From Escherichia coli (GTDB taxonomy: Bacteria > Pseudomonadota > Gammaproteobacteria > Enterobacterales > Enterobacteriaceae), in assembly GCF_016026235.1 (NCBI RefSeq), contig NZ_CP065613.1: 64,000 bases of DNA; one strand, written 5' to 3'. The notes under the pieces are model-generated. The model saw nothing but the letters and a program-made list of their open reading frames with translations, was not told the DNA's origin and made no database searches. The translations under genes were made by a program, and so were the position numbers. Below, piece by piece: positions 35,746-45,881 of this stretch. Each line of letters starts with the position of its first letter. The stretch's first letter is position 1.

Positions 35746-36037
35746 CTGCTTTTCCTTGATGCTATAGGGGTGCTGAGACCGATAACGCATTTTGTAAACC
35801 ATCCCTGTGAGAGCGAATATTCCGATATCTGGTTATTAATTTATGATTCTTGTTTTATGTGATCGTGGTAGCGTTAATTCCGCTCATATATCATTGTAAA
35901 ATATGGGTTTTATATGAACTATAATGCTTTCGTGATAATACGCTGCGTGTATTAGGCGGAAAAAACTGATCTGGGGGATGTAGAAACTCAAGGAAGTAGC
36001 TATAATGCGCCCCGCCTCCATGTAGCAATCGAGGCGC

Positions 36038-36132
36038 GGAAGATCGTCGTCTCCGGTGAGGCGGCTGGACTTCAAATCCAGTTGGGGCCGCCAGCGGTCC
36101 CGGGCAGGTTCGACTCCTGTGATCTTCCGCCA
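36038..36132 (+). tRNA. selC: tRNA-Sec (selenocysteine tRNA)
   Basis: GGAAGATCGTCGTCTCCGGTGAGGCGGCTGGACTTCAAATCCAGT...GATCTTCCGCCA: 95 nt, long acceptor stem and extended variable arm, TCA anticodon in the loop (CTTCAAATC), genomically encoded CCA. Confidence 0.9.
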
Positions 36133-36769
36133 AAATGCCTCTTCTGACGTTCTCCAATCCCTTGTAATACTGTCAATCCAGATATTTTCTACTGCTCAAT
36201 ATTCAATCGGCTTCAGGAATACCTGGTCAAAGGTTTTGTGATGGACGATGAGCAGCTGAAGAATCCGCCTGTCGGTTCTTCTGTCCTCGAACGCATCCGC
36301 GATATTCGCGCCAGCATGCGCCGTGTTTATTTGCAGGTGATTTGCCCCCCTGCTGACTCTCAGCCAACTGTATCGCCATTAAGGTGAAGATGTTGTTTTA
36401 CACGCTCCAGAACACCCTTTTTTATACGACTATTCTATTCCTTTAACAGCTGGCGAAAAAAACTGACCTATAAACCTCACCAATAATCAGACTGCCATCA
36501 AGATTAATTTGTTAATTTAATATATCAAATCAACTTGTTTTATTTTTACTATCAAAAATAGCTCATTGCCTTACTATAATTAATATATAAATTCGGTAAT
36601 TAATTCTTAACATGCTTTTGCTAATAATCTCAATTGCTGGCCCTATAATATTGCGCTAGCATTGCTTTCTGGTTGTATCAGCGATACTCAAAAATTCTTA
36701 ATACAATACTCATTCGACTGGTACTTATTTGTAACTCAGTTATATTTTGTCGCTCGGTGATTCAGAAGA

Positions 36770-37954
36770 ATGCAAAAAACGGCTACCACTCCATCAAAAA
36801 TACTTGATCTCACTGCCGCGGCATTTTTACTTGTCGCCTTTCTGACGGGTATTGCGGGCGCTCTTCAGACTCCTACCCTAAGTATATTCCTCGCAGATGA
36901 ACTGAAAGCCCGTCCTATAATGGTAGGTTTTTTCTTCACCGGTAGCGCTATTATGGGAATTCTGGTCAGTCAATTTCTGGCAAGGCACTCCGATAAACAA
37001 GGCGACCGTAAATTACTGATTCTGCTATGTTGCTTATTTGGAGTGCTGGCCTGCACGCTTTTTGCGTGGAATCGCAACTACTTCATTCTGCTCTCAACGG
37101 GCGTACTTCTGAGTAGTTTTGCTTCCACCGCAAACCCGCAAATGTTCGCCCTCGCCCGTGAACACGCCGATAGAACAGGCCGTGAGACGGTCATGTTCAG
37201 TACATTTTTACGTGCTCAGATCTCGCTTGCCTGGGTTATCGGGCCACCGCTCGCTTATGAACTGGCAATGGGATTTAGTTTTAAAGTGATGTATCTCACC
37301 GCTGCCATCGCATTTGTTGTTTGCGGGCTGATAGTCTGGTTGTTTTTGCCATCAATACAAAGAAATATTCCTGTCGTTACCCAACCCGTAGAAATTTTAC
37401 CCTCCATCCATAGAAAGCGAGATACGCGGCTACTTTTTGTGGTTTGTTCAATGATGTGGGCGGCGAATAATCTCTACATGATAAATATGCCGCTATTTAT
37501 TATTGATGAACTGCATCTAACCGATAAACTGGCTGGAGAAATGATTGGTATCGCTGCCGGTCTGGAAATTCCGATGATGTTAATCGCAGGCTATTACATG
37601 AAACGTATTGGCAAGCGACTATTAATGCTCATTGCTATCGTGAGTGGAATGTGTTTTTACGCCAGCGTACTCATGGCGACGACTCCGGCGGTTGAGCTGG
37701 AATTGCAAATTCTTAATGCCATCTTCCTTGGTATTCTCTGTGGTATCGGCATGCTTTATTTTCAGGACTTGATGCCTGAAAAAATAGGCTCTGCGACAAC
37801 GTTATATGCAAATACTTCACGCGTCGGCTGGATTATCGCCGGCTCTGTTGACGGAATTATGGTTGAAATCTGGAGCTACCATGCGTTGTTCTGGCTGGCG
37901 ATAGGGATGTTGGGTATTGCGATGATTTGCCTGCTGTTTATTAAAGATATTTAG
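36770..37954 (+). CDS. setC: sugar efflux transporter SetC (MFS)
   Basis: 394 aa MQKTATTPSKILDLTAAAFLLVAFLTGIAGALQTPTLSIFLADELKARP... Confidence 0.9.
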   Translation: MQKTATTPSKILDLTAAAFLLVAFLTGIAGALQTPTLSIFLADELKARPIMVGFFFTGSAIMGILVSQFLARHSDKQGDRKLLILLCCLFGVLACTLFAWNRNYFILLSTGVLLSSFASTANPQMFALAREHADRTGRETVMFSTFLRAQISLAWVIGPPLAYELAMGFSFKVMYLTAAIAFVVCGLIVWLFLPSIQRNIPVVTQPVEILPSIHRKRDTRLLFVVCSMMWAANNLYMINMPLFIIDELHLTDKLAGEMIGIAAGLEIPMMLIAGYYMKRIGKRLLMLIAIVSGMCFYASVLMATTPAVELELQILNAIFLGILCGIGMLYFQDLMPEKIGSATTLYANTSRVGWIIAGSVDGIMVEIWSYHALFWLAIGMLGIAMICLLFIKDI

Positions 37955-38064
37955 CTCACCAGTCTGGGCTAAGAAAAATCGGCGTGGCGCAAACAGAGCC
38001 ATCCTCGCCATTTTTGCTATCATGCCTGCATACATAAACGACAAAACAGTATGCAGAGGGAAAA

Positions 38065-38988
38065 ATGGGTTCCACCAGAAAGGGGATGCTGAACGTTCTG
38101 ATTGCCGCCGTGTTGTGGGGAAGTTCAGGGGTCTGCGCGCAATACATCATGGAGCAAAGCCAGATGTCGTCGCAGTTTTTGACTATGACGCGTTTGATAT
38201 TCGCCGGTTTGATTCTACTGACGCTGTCATTTGTTCATGGCGATAAAATCTTTTCTATTATTAACAATCATAAAGATGCCATTAGCCTGCTGATTTTTTC
38301 CGTGGTTGGCGCGCTAACTGTACAGCTCACTTTTTTGCTAACCATCGAAAAATCGAACGCAGCCACGGCAACGGTGCTGCAATTCCTCTCACCGACGATT
38401 ATCGTCGCCTGGTTCTCACTGGTGCGTAAATCGCGCCCGGGCATTCTGGTTTTCTGCGCTATTTTGACATCGCTGGTCGGGACTTTTTTATTGGTGACAC
38501 ACGGTAATCCGACGTCATTATCGATCTCTCCTGCCGCGTTGTTCTGGGGCATTGCCTCGGCATTTGCTGCTGCATTCTATACCACCTATCCCTCAACGCT
38601 AATTGCCCGCTATGGCACGTTACCAGTCGTCGGCTGGAGTATGCTGATTGGCGGTCTGATTCTGTTGCCTTTTTATGCCAGACAAGGAACAAACTTTGTC
38701 GTTAACGGCAGTTTGATTCTGGCGTTTTTTTATTTGGTGGTCATTGGTACGTCCCTGACATTTAGTCTGTACCTGAAAGGAGCACAATTAATTGGCGGTC
38801 CAAAAGCCAGCATTTTGAGCTGTGCAGAACCATTAAGTAGCGCGCTACTCTCTTTGCTGTTGCTGGGGATCACGTTCACATTACCGGACTGGCTGGGAAC
38901 GCTGCTGATTCTGTCATCGGTGATTTTGATTTCAATGGATTCCCGTCGCCGCGCCAGAAAAATAAATCGTCCGGCGCGGCATGAGTGA
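38065..38988 (+). CDS. yicL: EamA/DMT-family transporter YicL
   Basis: 307 aa [33 protein letters not shown]..., about 10 TM segments. Confidence 0.9.
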   Translation: MGSTRKGMLNVLIAAVLWGSSGVCAQYIMEQSQMSSQFLTMTRLIFAGLILLTLSFVHGDKIFSIINNHKDAISLLIFSVVGALTVQLTFLLTIEKSNAATATVLQFLSPTIIVAWFSLVRKSRPGILVFCAILTSLVGTFLLVTHGNPTSLSISPAALFWGIASAFAAAFYTTYPSTLIARYGTLPVVGWSMLIGGLILLPFYARQGTNFVVNGSLILAFFYLVVIGTSLTFSLYLKGAQLIGGPKASILSCAEPLSSALLSLLLLGITFTLPDWLGTLLILSSVILISMDSRRRARKINRPARHE

Positions 38989-38991
38989 GAA

Positions 38992-39810
38992 TTACCAGCC
39001 AGGCACCGCGCCACCGTTAAAAATGGTTTCTGCCGCTTTAGCGACTTCGGGTGATTGATAAGATTGCAGAAATTCCTTCACGTTTTCTGCATTCTTATTA
39101 TCTTCCCGTGCCACCAAAATATTCACATACGGCGAATTCTTATCTTCAATAAATACGCTGTCGTGCACCGGAGAAAGCCCTGTCTGCTGAATGTAAGTGG
39201 TGCTGATAATCGCTACATCAACTTTGGGATCATCCAGTACGCGCGGAAGCTGCGCCCCCTCGAGTTCCATAATCTGCAAATGACGAGGATTATCGGTTAT
39301 ATCCAGCGCGGTAGGTAATAACCCTTTTCCCTCTTTCAGAGTAATTAGCTTCTCTTTTTGCAACAGTAAAAGTGCGCGACCAAGGTTGGTCGGGTTGTTG
39401 GGGATCGCCACTGTCGCGCCTTCTTTTATTTGCGCCACGGTTGTGATTTTTTTGGAATAACCCGCCATAGGGAAGACAAACGTATTTCCCACCGCTACCA
39501 GTTTATAACCATGCGCCTGATTATCTTGTTCAAGAAAGGGTCGATGCTGGAAGACATTCGCATCAAGTTCGCCATGATTTGTCGCATCGTTCGGTAGCAA
39601 CGAACCGCTAAATCCTACCAGTTCAACATCGAGGCCATATTTCTCTTTTGCCACCTTTTTAGCGACTTCCGCGACATCTTGTTCTGCGCCATTTATAACG
39701 CCAACTTTAATGTGTTTTGCATCGCTGCTACTCTGGTCGCAACCTGCCAGCAGAATTCCGGCCAGCAATAATGCGGCCCCTGTCCGTAGATGATGTGTTG
39801 TCAGTTTCAT
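38992..39810 (-). CDS. nlpA: lipoprotein 28 (MetQ/NlpA family)
   Basis: 272 aa with lipobox LLAGC at the signal peptide end. Confidence 0.95.
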   Translation of the reverse strand: MKLTTHHLRTGAALLLAGILLAGCDQSSSDAKHIKVGVINGAEQDVAEVAKKVAKEKYGLDVELVGFSGSLLPNDATNHGELDANVFQHRPFLEQDNQAHGYKLVAVGNTFVFPMAGYSKKITTVAQIKEGATVAIPNNPTNLGRALLLLQKEKLITLKEGKGLLPTALDITDNPRHLQIMELEGAQLPRVLDDPKVDVAIISTTYIQQTGLSPVHDSVFIEDKNSPYVNILVAREDNKNAENVKEFLQSYQSPEVAKAAETIFNGGAVPGW

Positions 39811-40031
39811 TTTTTTATCCTTTTATTAATGATTACCTGACTATAGCGGTAAGGTCGCTGCGGTTTAAAAAACGAAACGCTATCGATAAGAATAAAAAGG
39901 AATAAAAGTGGAATATAAAGTCTGGCACTTCTTACTGACCACGCAAGCGCGTTTCGTACAGCATGATGAGAGCGATGAAAGCAAACTACACTTATGCTTC
40001 ATTCGATACACATTTGTAAAAGGTTGAATCC

Positions 40032-40325
40032 ATGAAACCAACGACACTACTGCTTATTTTCACTTTTTTCGCTATGCCAGGCATCGTATACGCCGAGTCG
40101 CCTTTTAGCTCACTGCAGTCCGCAAAAGAGAAAACCACGGTATTACAAGATTTACGTAAAATTTGCACGCCACAGGCGTCATTATCAGATGAAGCGTGGG
40201 AAAAGTTAATGTTGTCAGATGAAAACAATAAACAACATATACGCGAGGCCATCGTGGCGATGGAACGTAATAATCAGAGCAATTATTGGGAAGCGTTGGG
40301 TAAGGTAGAATGCCCGGATATGTAA
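40032..40325 (+). CDS. yicS: small secreted protein YicS
   Basis: 97 aa MKPTTLLLIFTFFAMPGIVYAESPFSSLQ... with a signal peptide. Confidence 0.85.
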   Translation: MKPTTLLLIFTFFAMPGIVYAESPFSSLQSAKEKTTVLQDLRKICTPQASLSDEAWEKLMLSDENNKQHIREAIVAMERNNQSNYWEALGKVECPDM

Positions 40326-40365
40326 GAACAGCAACAACTACTGACCAACGCTTCTTTACCTGATA

Positions 40366-41556
40366 TCAGGATTTCTTCATTTTCACCTTTGCAGTAACCA
40401 ACAATGCAGTCAGCAACATCAATGTGCCGGACAACATCAACGGCGAAGTCAGACCAATATTATCCAGCGCATAACCGCCGATTGCCGCACCACAGGTATT
40501 AGCAAGCTGAATAACCGCCACCTGAATAGACCCGGCTTTTTCTGCCTGATCGGCCAGCGAGCGGGTGATCCACGTTGACCAGCCGACGGGAACCAATGCA
40601 AAAGTTAGCCCCCAGATAATCGCCACGCCGGTAGCAACGATTTTATCGCTTCCCCACAACGTCAGTACCAACGCACTCACAGCCAGTATTAACGGCGCGC
40701 CTGCTAAGGCCAGTTTTACCGAACGTTTAAGAATGAACGACGAAAGCGACGTACCAATAAAGCTGGCGATACCAAAACTCAACAGCACCAGCGTTAAGCC
40801 ATCCACGCCGAATCCCGCCAGGTTCATATACACCGGGCGAATATACGTGAAGAAAGCAAACTGCCCGGCGAAAGACATGAAGATGGCGATCATCCCTGCC
40901 ATCACACCCGGACGTTGTAATAAGCGGAAAGTATTTTGTTTCTGATGCGAGGGTTCGCCTGGCAGCGAAGGCAATGATTTGATAATCCAGAAAATACACA
41001 ACACGCCCATCACCGCCGCCGCATTAAAGACATTGCGCCAACCGATAAGCTCGCCTAAAAAACTGCCCAACGGCGCGGCAATCACCAGCGCAATAGAAAC
41101 CGCGCCGAAGATCACCGACAGCGCCTTCGGCACCGTACGCGGCGGTACCAGACGCATGGTCAGCGACGCCGACATCGCCCAGAACCCGCCCAGCGCCAGC
41201 CCCAGACAGGCACGACCGATTAAAAGCAAACTGAATGAGTTAGCAAAGGAAACCAGCAAACAGGAGAGCGTCAGCAAAACGGCAAATAAAATAACAACGT
41301 AGCGGCGGTCAGTAGCCTGAATTGTCTGGGTAATAAACAAACTGGCAAACATTGCCACAAAGGCGGTCACGGTCACCGATTGCCCGGCAACCCCTTCCGA
41401 AATGCCTAAATCCTGGGCCATTGGCGTCAACAAACTGACGGGCAAAAACTCAACGATAATCAGACAGGCGACGCAAAACGCCACCGAGAAAACGGCTGAC
41501 CAGTTCGGTCGGGTGATGGCATCCGCGCCGCGGTTTTCGGCAATAAATTCACTCAT
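40366..41556 (-). CDS. nepI: purine ribonucleoside efflux pump NepI (MFS)
   Basis: 396 aa from [40 protein letters not shown]...; the listed ORF extends upstream to an earlier start. Confidence 0.9.
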   Translation of the reverse strand: MSEFIAENRGADAITRPNWSAVFSVAFCVACLIIVEFLPVSLLTPMAQDLGISEGVAGQSVTVTAFVAMFASLFITQTIQATDRRYVVILFAVLLTLSCLLVSFANSFSLLLIGRACLGLALGGFWAMSASLTMRLVPPRTVPKALSVIFGAVSIALVIAAPLGSFLGELIGWRNVFNAAAVMGVLCIFWIIKSLPSLPGEPSHQKQNTFRLLQRPGVMAGMIAIFMSFAGQFAFFTYIRPVYMNLAGFGVDGLTLVLLSFGIASFIGTSLSSFILKRSVKLALAGAPLILAVSALVLTLWGSDKIVATGVAIIWGLTFALVPVGWSTWITRSLADQAEKAGSIQVAVIQLANTCGAAIGGYALDNIGLTSPLMLSGTLMLLTALLVTAKVKMKKS

Positions 41557-41783
41557 GGTGTTACCCGTGGCATGTTTCAGGGGAAAAGCCGACCACTTTA
41601 ACATTGAAATGTGTGACGCATTTAACGTTTTTGCAACTTTTACGGTGTTGTGGGAAAAGTTCGAGGCTGCTCGAAGAAACAAAAATCATAGGGCAAGCTG
41701 ATATGCATTTTCGCGATTGGGTTGGGAATAAGGGATAAAGTATTGCACTTGGTGATATACTTTAATAACAGGACCTCAACGAT

Positions 41784-42143
41784 ATGCGCGTGTTTAAAAC
41801 CAAATGGTTTGCAAGGGAAGCCAGGTCTCATGCAATAACAGATGAAGAGTTGTGCCGGGCCATTTTAGAAACGGAGCAAGGTAAAGCTGATGCACTTGGT
41901 GGTGGCGTTTTTAAAAAGCGCCTTCACCAAAATCGTGAGCGTGCAATTATTCTGGCAAAAGGGGGAAGCAATTGGTTTTACACGTTTTTATATGCAAAAC
42001 AGGATATGTCGAACATCAATAGTCAGGAACTGGCTGGGTTTCGTGAACTTGCAAAGCATTATGCCTTCCTGACGAAAGCCCAGCTAACAGCAATGATTAA
42101 CACTAAAGAACTGACAGAGATCTGCTATGACTGCAAAAACTAA
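41784..42143 (+). CDS. HigB-like toxin (RelE/ParE superfamily) of a type II toxin-antitoxin pair
   Basis: 119 aa; the motif ...LGGGVFKKRLHQNRERAIILAKGGSNWFYTFLYAKQDMSNINSQEL... parallels the HigB pattern GxGGLRKxRxxxxGKGKRGGxRxIYYF...KNEMSDL (recalled). Toxin-first order with a 17-bp overlap onto the following HTH gene. Confidence 0.7.
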   Translation: MRVFKTKWFAREARSHAITDEELCRAILETEQGKADALGGGVFKKRLHQNRERAIILAKGGSNWFYTFLYAKQDMSNINSQELAGFRELAKHYAFLTKAQLTAMINTKELTEICYDCKN

Positions 42144-42450
42144 ATTTAAAAGTCCTGCATTTGAGGCTATTCACAGCGCAGCGGCTGGATTGTCCAGCGT
42201 CGATGCTATTTCTGCCGAAACAATGCGTACTTTTGACAAAGCCTGCCTGACCAGCGTGCAAGACTTACAACCTGTTGAGATAAAAGCACTGCGGGAAAAA
42301 TTAAAAGTGAGTCAGCCCGTCTTCGCTCACTATCTCAATACCAGCGTTTCAACTGTACAAAAATGGGAAAGTGGCGCTAAACGCCCCAATGGCATTTCAT
42401 TAAAACTGCTCAGCATTGTGCAAAAACACGGGCTGGATGTGCTGCTGTAA
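42127..42450 (+). CDS. HigA-like antitoxin (XRE-family helix-turn-helix)
   Basis: 107 aa; ...LKVSQPVFAHYLNTSVSTVQKWESGAKRPNGISLKLLSIVQKHG... matches the HigA-type HTH (VSQPVFA...STVQSWEQG...LRLLQIV, recalled). Confidence 0.7.
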   Translation: MTAKTKFKSPAFEAIHSAAAGLSSVDAISAETMRTFDKACLTSVQDLQPVEIKALREKLKVSQPVFAHYLNTSVSTVQKWESGAKRPNGISLKLLSIVQKHGLDVLL

Positions 42451-42475
42451 ATAGAACGTAGATAATGCGTCACCT

Positions 42476-42560
42476 ACTGTCAGTTCCGATACCGGATGCG
42501 GCGTGAACGTCTTATCCACCCACCAGCTCAGGCGCGGTCTGTAGGCTGATAAGACGAAGC
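42476..42560. repeat. REP-like (repetitive extragenic palindromic) element(s)
   Basis: CCGGATGCGGCGTGAACGTCTTATCC ... GTAGGCTGATAAGACGAAGCGG resembles the REP consensus GCCGGATGCGGCGTAAACGCCTTATCCGGCCTAC. Confidence 0.4.
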
Positions 42561-42564
42561 GGTT

Positions 42565-43017
42565 TTAATGCAGCCAGTGAACGCCCTCGGCAGGCTGAAA
42601 GAATGCGTTATAGCGCATCTGAAAAGCATTAATATCCTGCATTTCAGGTTCAGTTTCGCGCAGAAAACCCAGCGCCAGCCTGACCTGAGCATCGGTAATC
42701 GGCGCGGCAAGGCGGGCTTTTTGTAAAATCCGATGCCATTGCAGCAGGTTCTGTTCGCTACCATCGACAATGACAATTTGCCAGATGAGCAACACCTGCG
42801 CGGCGTTTTGCAGGTGCGACTCATCCGGACGATGCAAATAACGTAAAAATTCGTCACCAGCTGACTTTCCCATTTGATCGACCATCGACTCCACGGGTAC
42901 GACATCGATATTCAGCCGATCGCTGAGACGGCGAATCGCTTTTCTGGCCCCGGATGTCAGCACCCGAAAACCAACCACAAACACTACCGCCAGCGTGGCG
43001 AGCATTATCCAGATCAT
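42565..43017 (-). CDS. yicN: DUF1198-family protein YicN
   Basis: 150 aa from MIWIMLATLAVVFVVGFRVLTSGARKAIRRLSD...; the listed ORF has an upstream extension. Confidence 0.85.
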   Translation of the reverse strand: MIWIMLATLAVVFVVGFRVLTSGARKAIRRLSDRLNIDVVPVESMVDQMGKSAGDEFLRYLHRPDESHLQNAAQVLLIWQIVIVDGSEQNLLQWHRILQKARLAAPITDAQVRLALGFLRETEPEMQDINAFQMRYNAFFQPAEGVHWLH

Positions 43018-44301
43018 GAGTTCTCCTGCGTAATCAAAACTCATGATATCTGGAAACCCTCGCCAGTTACTAATCCACCAGAATAATCTTGAGTGCAAAC
43101 AGAGCTGCGACCACCACCACACACAGGTTCAGATCGCGCCAGCGCCCGGTGCACACTTTCATGATGCAGTACGACATAAAGCCGAGTGCAATCCCTTCGG
43201 TGATCGAGAAAGTAAAGGGCATCATCACCGTGGTAATAAACGCAGGCACCGATTCGGTAAAATCATCCCAGTTAACGCGCGCCAGGCTCGAAGTCATCAG
43301 CACGCCAACAAAGATTAACGCTCCAGCGGTTGCGTAAGGAGGAACCATCGCCACCAGCGGTGAGAAGAACATAACCAACAGGAACATAACGCCAACCACA
43401 ACCGCAGTCAGCCCCGTGCGGCCACCCACTGCCACGCCAGAAGTACTTTCAATATAGGCGGTAACAGACGAGGTGCCGATAAACGCACCCGCCACCGAAC
43501 TCACGCTATCAACATACAGCGCCTTATTCATATTGGGGAATTTACCGTTACTATCTATTAAGCCAGCTTTATCAGTCACACCAATTAATGTTCCTGATGA
43601 ATCAAATAGGTTGATCAGCATAAAGGAGAAAATGATACCGGCGAGTTCAAGTGTTAACGCGCCGCTCAAATCCACTTCACCAATGACGCCGCTAATATCA
43701 GGCGGAATGGAATAGACACCGCTAAAATGAACATCACCGAAAAATAATCCACAGCAAGACGTCACCACAATAGAAACCAGCACCGCGGCATGAAAATGAC
43801 GTGATGACAACACGGTTATAATAAAAAACCCTAAAATACCTAACAACACGCCGTGAGAACTTAAATCGCCAATCATCACCAGAGTGTCTTTATTGGCGAC
43901 AATAACGCCAGTATTTTTTAATCCCATTAAGGCGATAAATAATCCAATTCCGCTGGTGATACCAATACGTAAACTTAATGGAATGTTGGAGATCATCCAG
44001 TACCGGATACGAAACAGCGTGAGCAAAAATAGTCCAATTGCACCCCAGAATATTGCGCCCATCCCGGTCTGCCATGAGATCCCCATCGCCCCCACGACCA
44101 CGAAGGCAAAGAAGGCGTTCAGCCCCATTGCCGGAGCCAGCGCCACAGGTAAGTTAGCAAATATCCCCATCGCAATGCTGCCGATACCGGCAATCAAACA
44201 GGTGGTAACAAACACCACTTTCGGGTCCATTTGTGCCGCGCCGAGAATTTGCGGGTTCACAAAAACGATGTACACCATGGTTAAAAAAGTGGTCATCCCC
44301 T

Positions 44302-45589
44302 GAGGGATCCCCAGAAAATTTAGTAAACCATTATCATATTGGTATACCGTTGCTGTAGAACTTTCAGCCCTGCGTCAAGTGACAGTGTGTTTAGTATGAG
44401 TGGAGAATGTCGAATCACATTCTCCGCCAGTTTTAATAACGAGATGACTCGCCTGTGCTTCACTGTATTTGCCTGATATTTATGATGTATCCCTTTGTTT
44501 TCCAGGCTGAAACCGCTTAACCACATAATGATACTGGCTAATGTTGCGATCAGACTCAATACCGTGACCCGCCCGGATGAATGACTGGCACCAAACCGTA
44601 GTCCAAATCCCCAGCGAGGATTTTTTCATCCCTGAAATTTTGCTCAATTTGCATTCTACGGCTGTATAATTTCATTACCTGTTTTGGCGAGAACTCAGTA
44701 CTGTTTGTGAAAATAAACCATGGTGATTTCCCGGCAGTACGAGCTTTAGCCGTCACCGATGGTCTGGTTGCTCTTTCCTTCGAGCGTTTAAATCTACGAC
44801 CTTTAGACTTACTTTTATAAAGATAAAAATGCCCTTCATGTTGTGCATTTTTATCTCGACCCAGCAGGCCTTCATCTAAATAAATTGCTGTCGTTGATGC
44901 TTTTGTGCCTGAGTCCGACACCTTTTCCCAGCCATTACCAACATTGTAATAATGATTGCCCAGTACCCGGCAAATATAGGTCCAGCCACGGGAGCGGAGC
45001 TGTTGGAACCATCGCCCCTGAAAACCGGCATCTGTAATAACAATGACATCAGTCCCGGGGGAAAAGCACTCAGCAAGCGATTCCAGAAAACGCTCATGTA
45101 CATCTGCATTCGCTGTCTGTGATGATGGAACGACACAACTCATCAACGGTAAAGAACGCCCGTCACATGCCAGGCTTGCCCGCAAAAGCTGAAAACGAGA
45201 GGCATGATAAGCACTCCAGTCAATGAGTATCACAACACGAGACATTCCCCGCGTAATCTTTTGGGTAATTCGCTGAAAAATGGTGGAAACCTCATTTTGC
45301 AAATGTCGATTCCCCAACAGTCGATCCACCCGCTTTATTTTGTTTTTAACTGATGCCGTACCGGTTAAATGACGCCCGATACTGGTAAGTGTGAGGGAAG
45401 CGCCATTTATTACAGCATTAGTTGCGTCAATCAGTGATTTTTGACGGTAAAGATGCAAAGGGGCCAGTATGTTGTTAAGGAAATTTTGGCATAATGAACG
45501 TGCAGGCATAGTGGTGATCTCCTTGAAATTGTTAGCACAATCAATTAGATCACATCTCACTATGCCTGTCTTGTTTTCTGGGGATTCCT
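44302..45589 (-). mobile_element. IS4-family insertion sequence (IS10-like transposase), about 1.29 kb, with imperfect terminal inverted repeats and a 13-bp target site duplication
   Basis: Ends TGAGGGATCCCCAGAAAA (left) and, as reverse complement, GAGGAATCCCCAGAAAA (right); flanked by direct repeats AGTGGTCATCCCC at 44289-44301 and 45590-45602; encodes an IS10-like transposase. Confidence 0.8.
44320..45509 (-). pseudogene. IS4-family (IS10-like) transposase, reading frame broken by a frameshift in an A6 run
   Basis: MPARSLCQNFL...NKIKRVDRLLGNRHL...DAGF...YLYKSKSKGRRF...LYSRRMQIEQNFRDEK parallels IS10 transposase up to plus-strand 44621-44626 (TTTTTT). The homologous continuation ...NPRWGFGLRFGASHSS...HKYQANTVKHRRVISLL... 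is in another frame, ending at 44320. Confidence 0.7.
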
Positions 45590-45881
45590 CAGTGGTCATC
45601 CCCGCAATCAATTCTGTGCGGACGGTGGTCCCATGCTGAGGTAGTTTAAATAATCGCGAAAGCGTCCCTGATTCATTACTCACGTAATCGGTATTGTCAT
45701 TATTCATTTTTTTGTCCATTGGAGGAGATTTAATCCCTTGCTTTTGTAAAACAAATGACAACAACGGTTCAGTGATAATTATCACATTTCAATTGCACAT
45801 TAATGGATATTCTTTAATAATCTCGCGACGTTTCTTTATGATAAATAATAATCAAATTGATAAAATCAAAATGAGAAAAAT

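Larger units (their letters stand above)
43070..45707 (-). pseudogene. adeQ: adenine permease AdeQ (YicO), interrupted by an insertion sequence after codon 39
   Basis: N-terminus MNNDNTDYVSNESGTLSRLFKLPQHGTTVRTELIAGMTT is encoded at 45590-45707; the body resumes with MTTFLTMVYIVFVNPQILG... at 44301 downward. The 13 bp AGTGGTCATCCCC (codons G-M-T-T) are duplicated on both sides of the insert. Confidence 0.8.

Noticed and set aside
36056-36241. 61-aa plus-strand ORF overlapping the 3-prime half of selC
   Set aside because: Begins inside the tRNA gene; almost certainly a chance frame.
36133-36769. Possible pathogenicity island or prophage insertion at selC
   Set aside because: No integrase, no duplicated tRNA 3-prime end and no foreign gene block; setC follows at the usual distance.
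42565-43122. Longer 185-aa form of YicN starting MWWWSQL...
   Set aside because: The upstream extension would overlap the adeQ 3-prime end; the conserved 150-aa start (MIWIMLATL...) is used instead.
44556-45785. 409-aa ORF that looks like one protein
   Set aside because: It is a chimera: codons for the adeQ N-terminus read through the IS end into the transposase frame. Interpreted instead as a disrupted adeQ plus an IS transposase.
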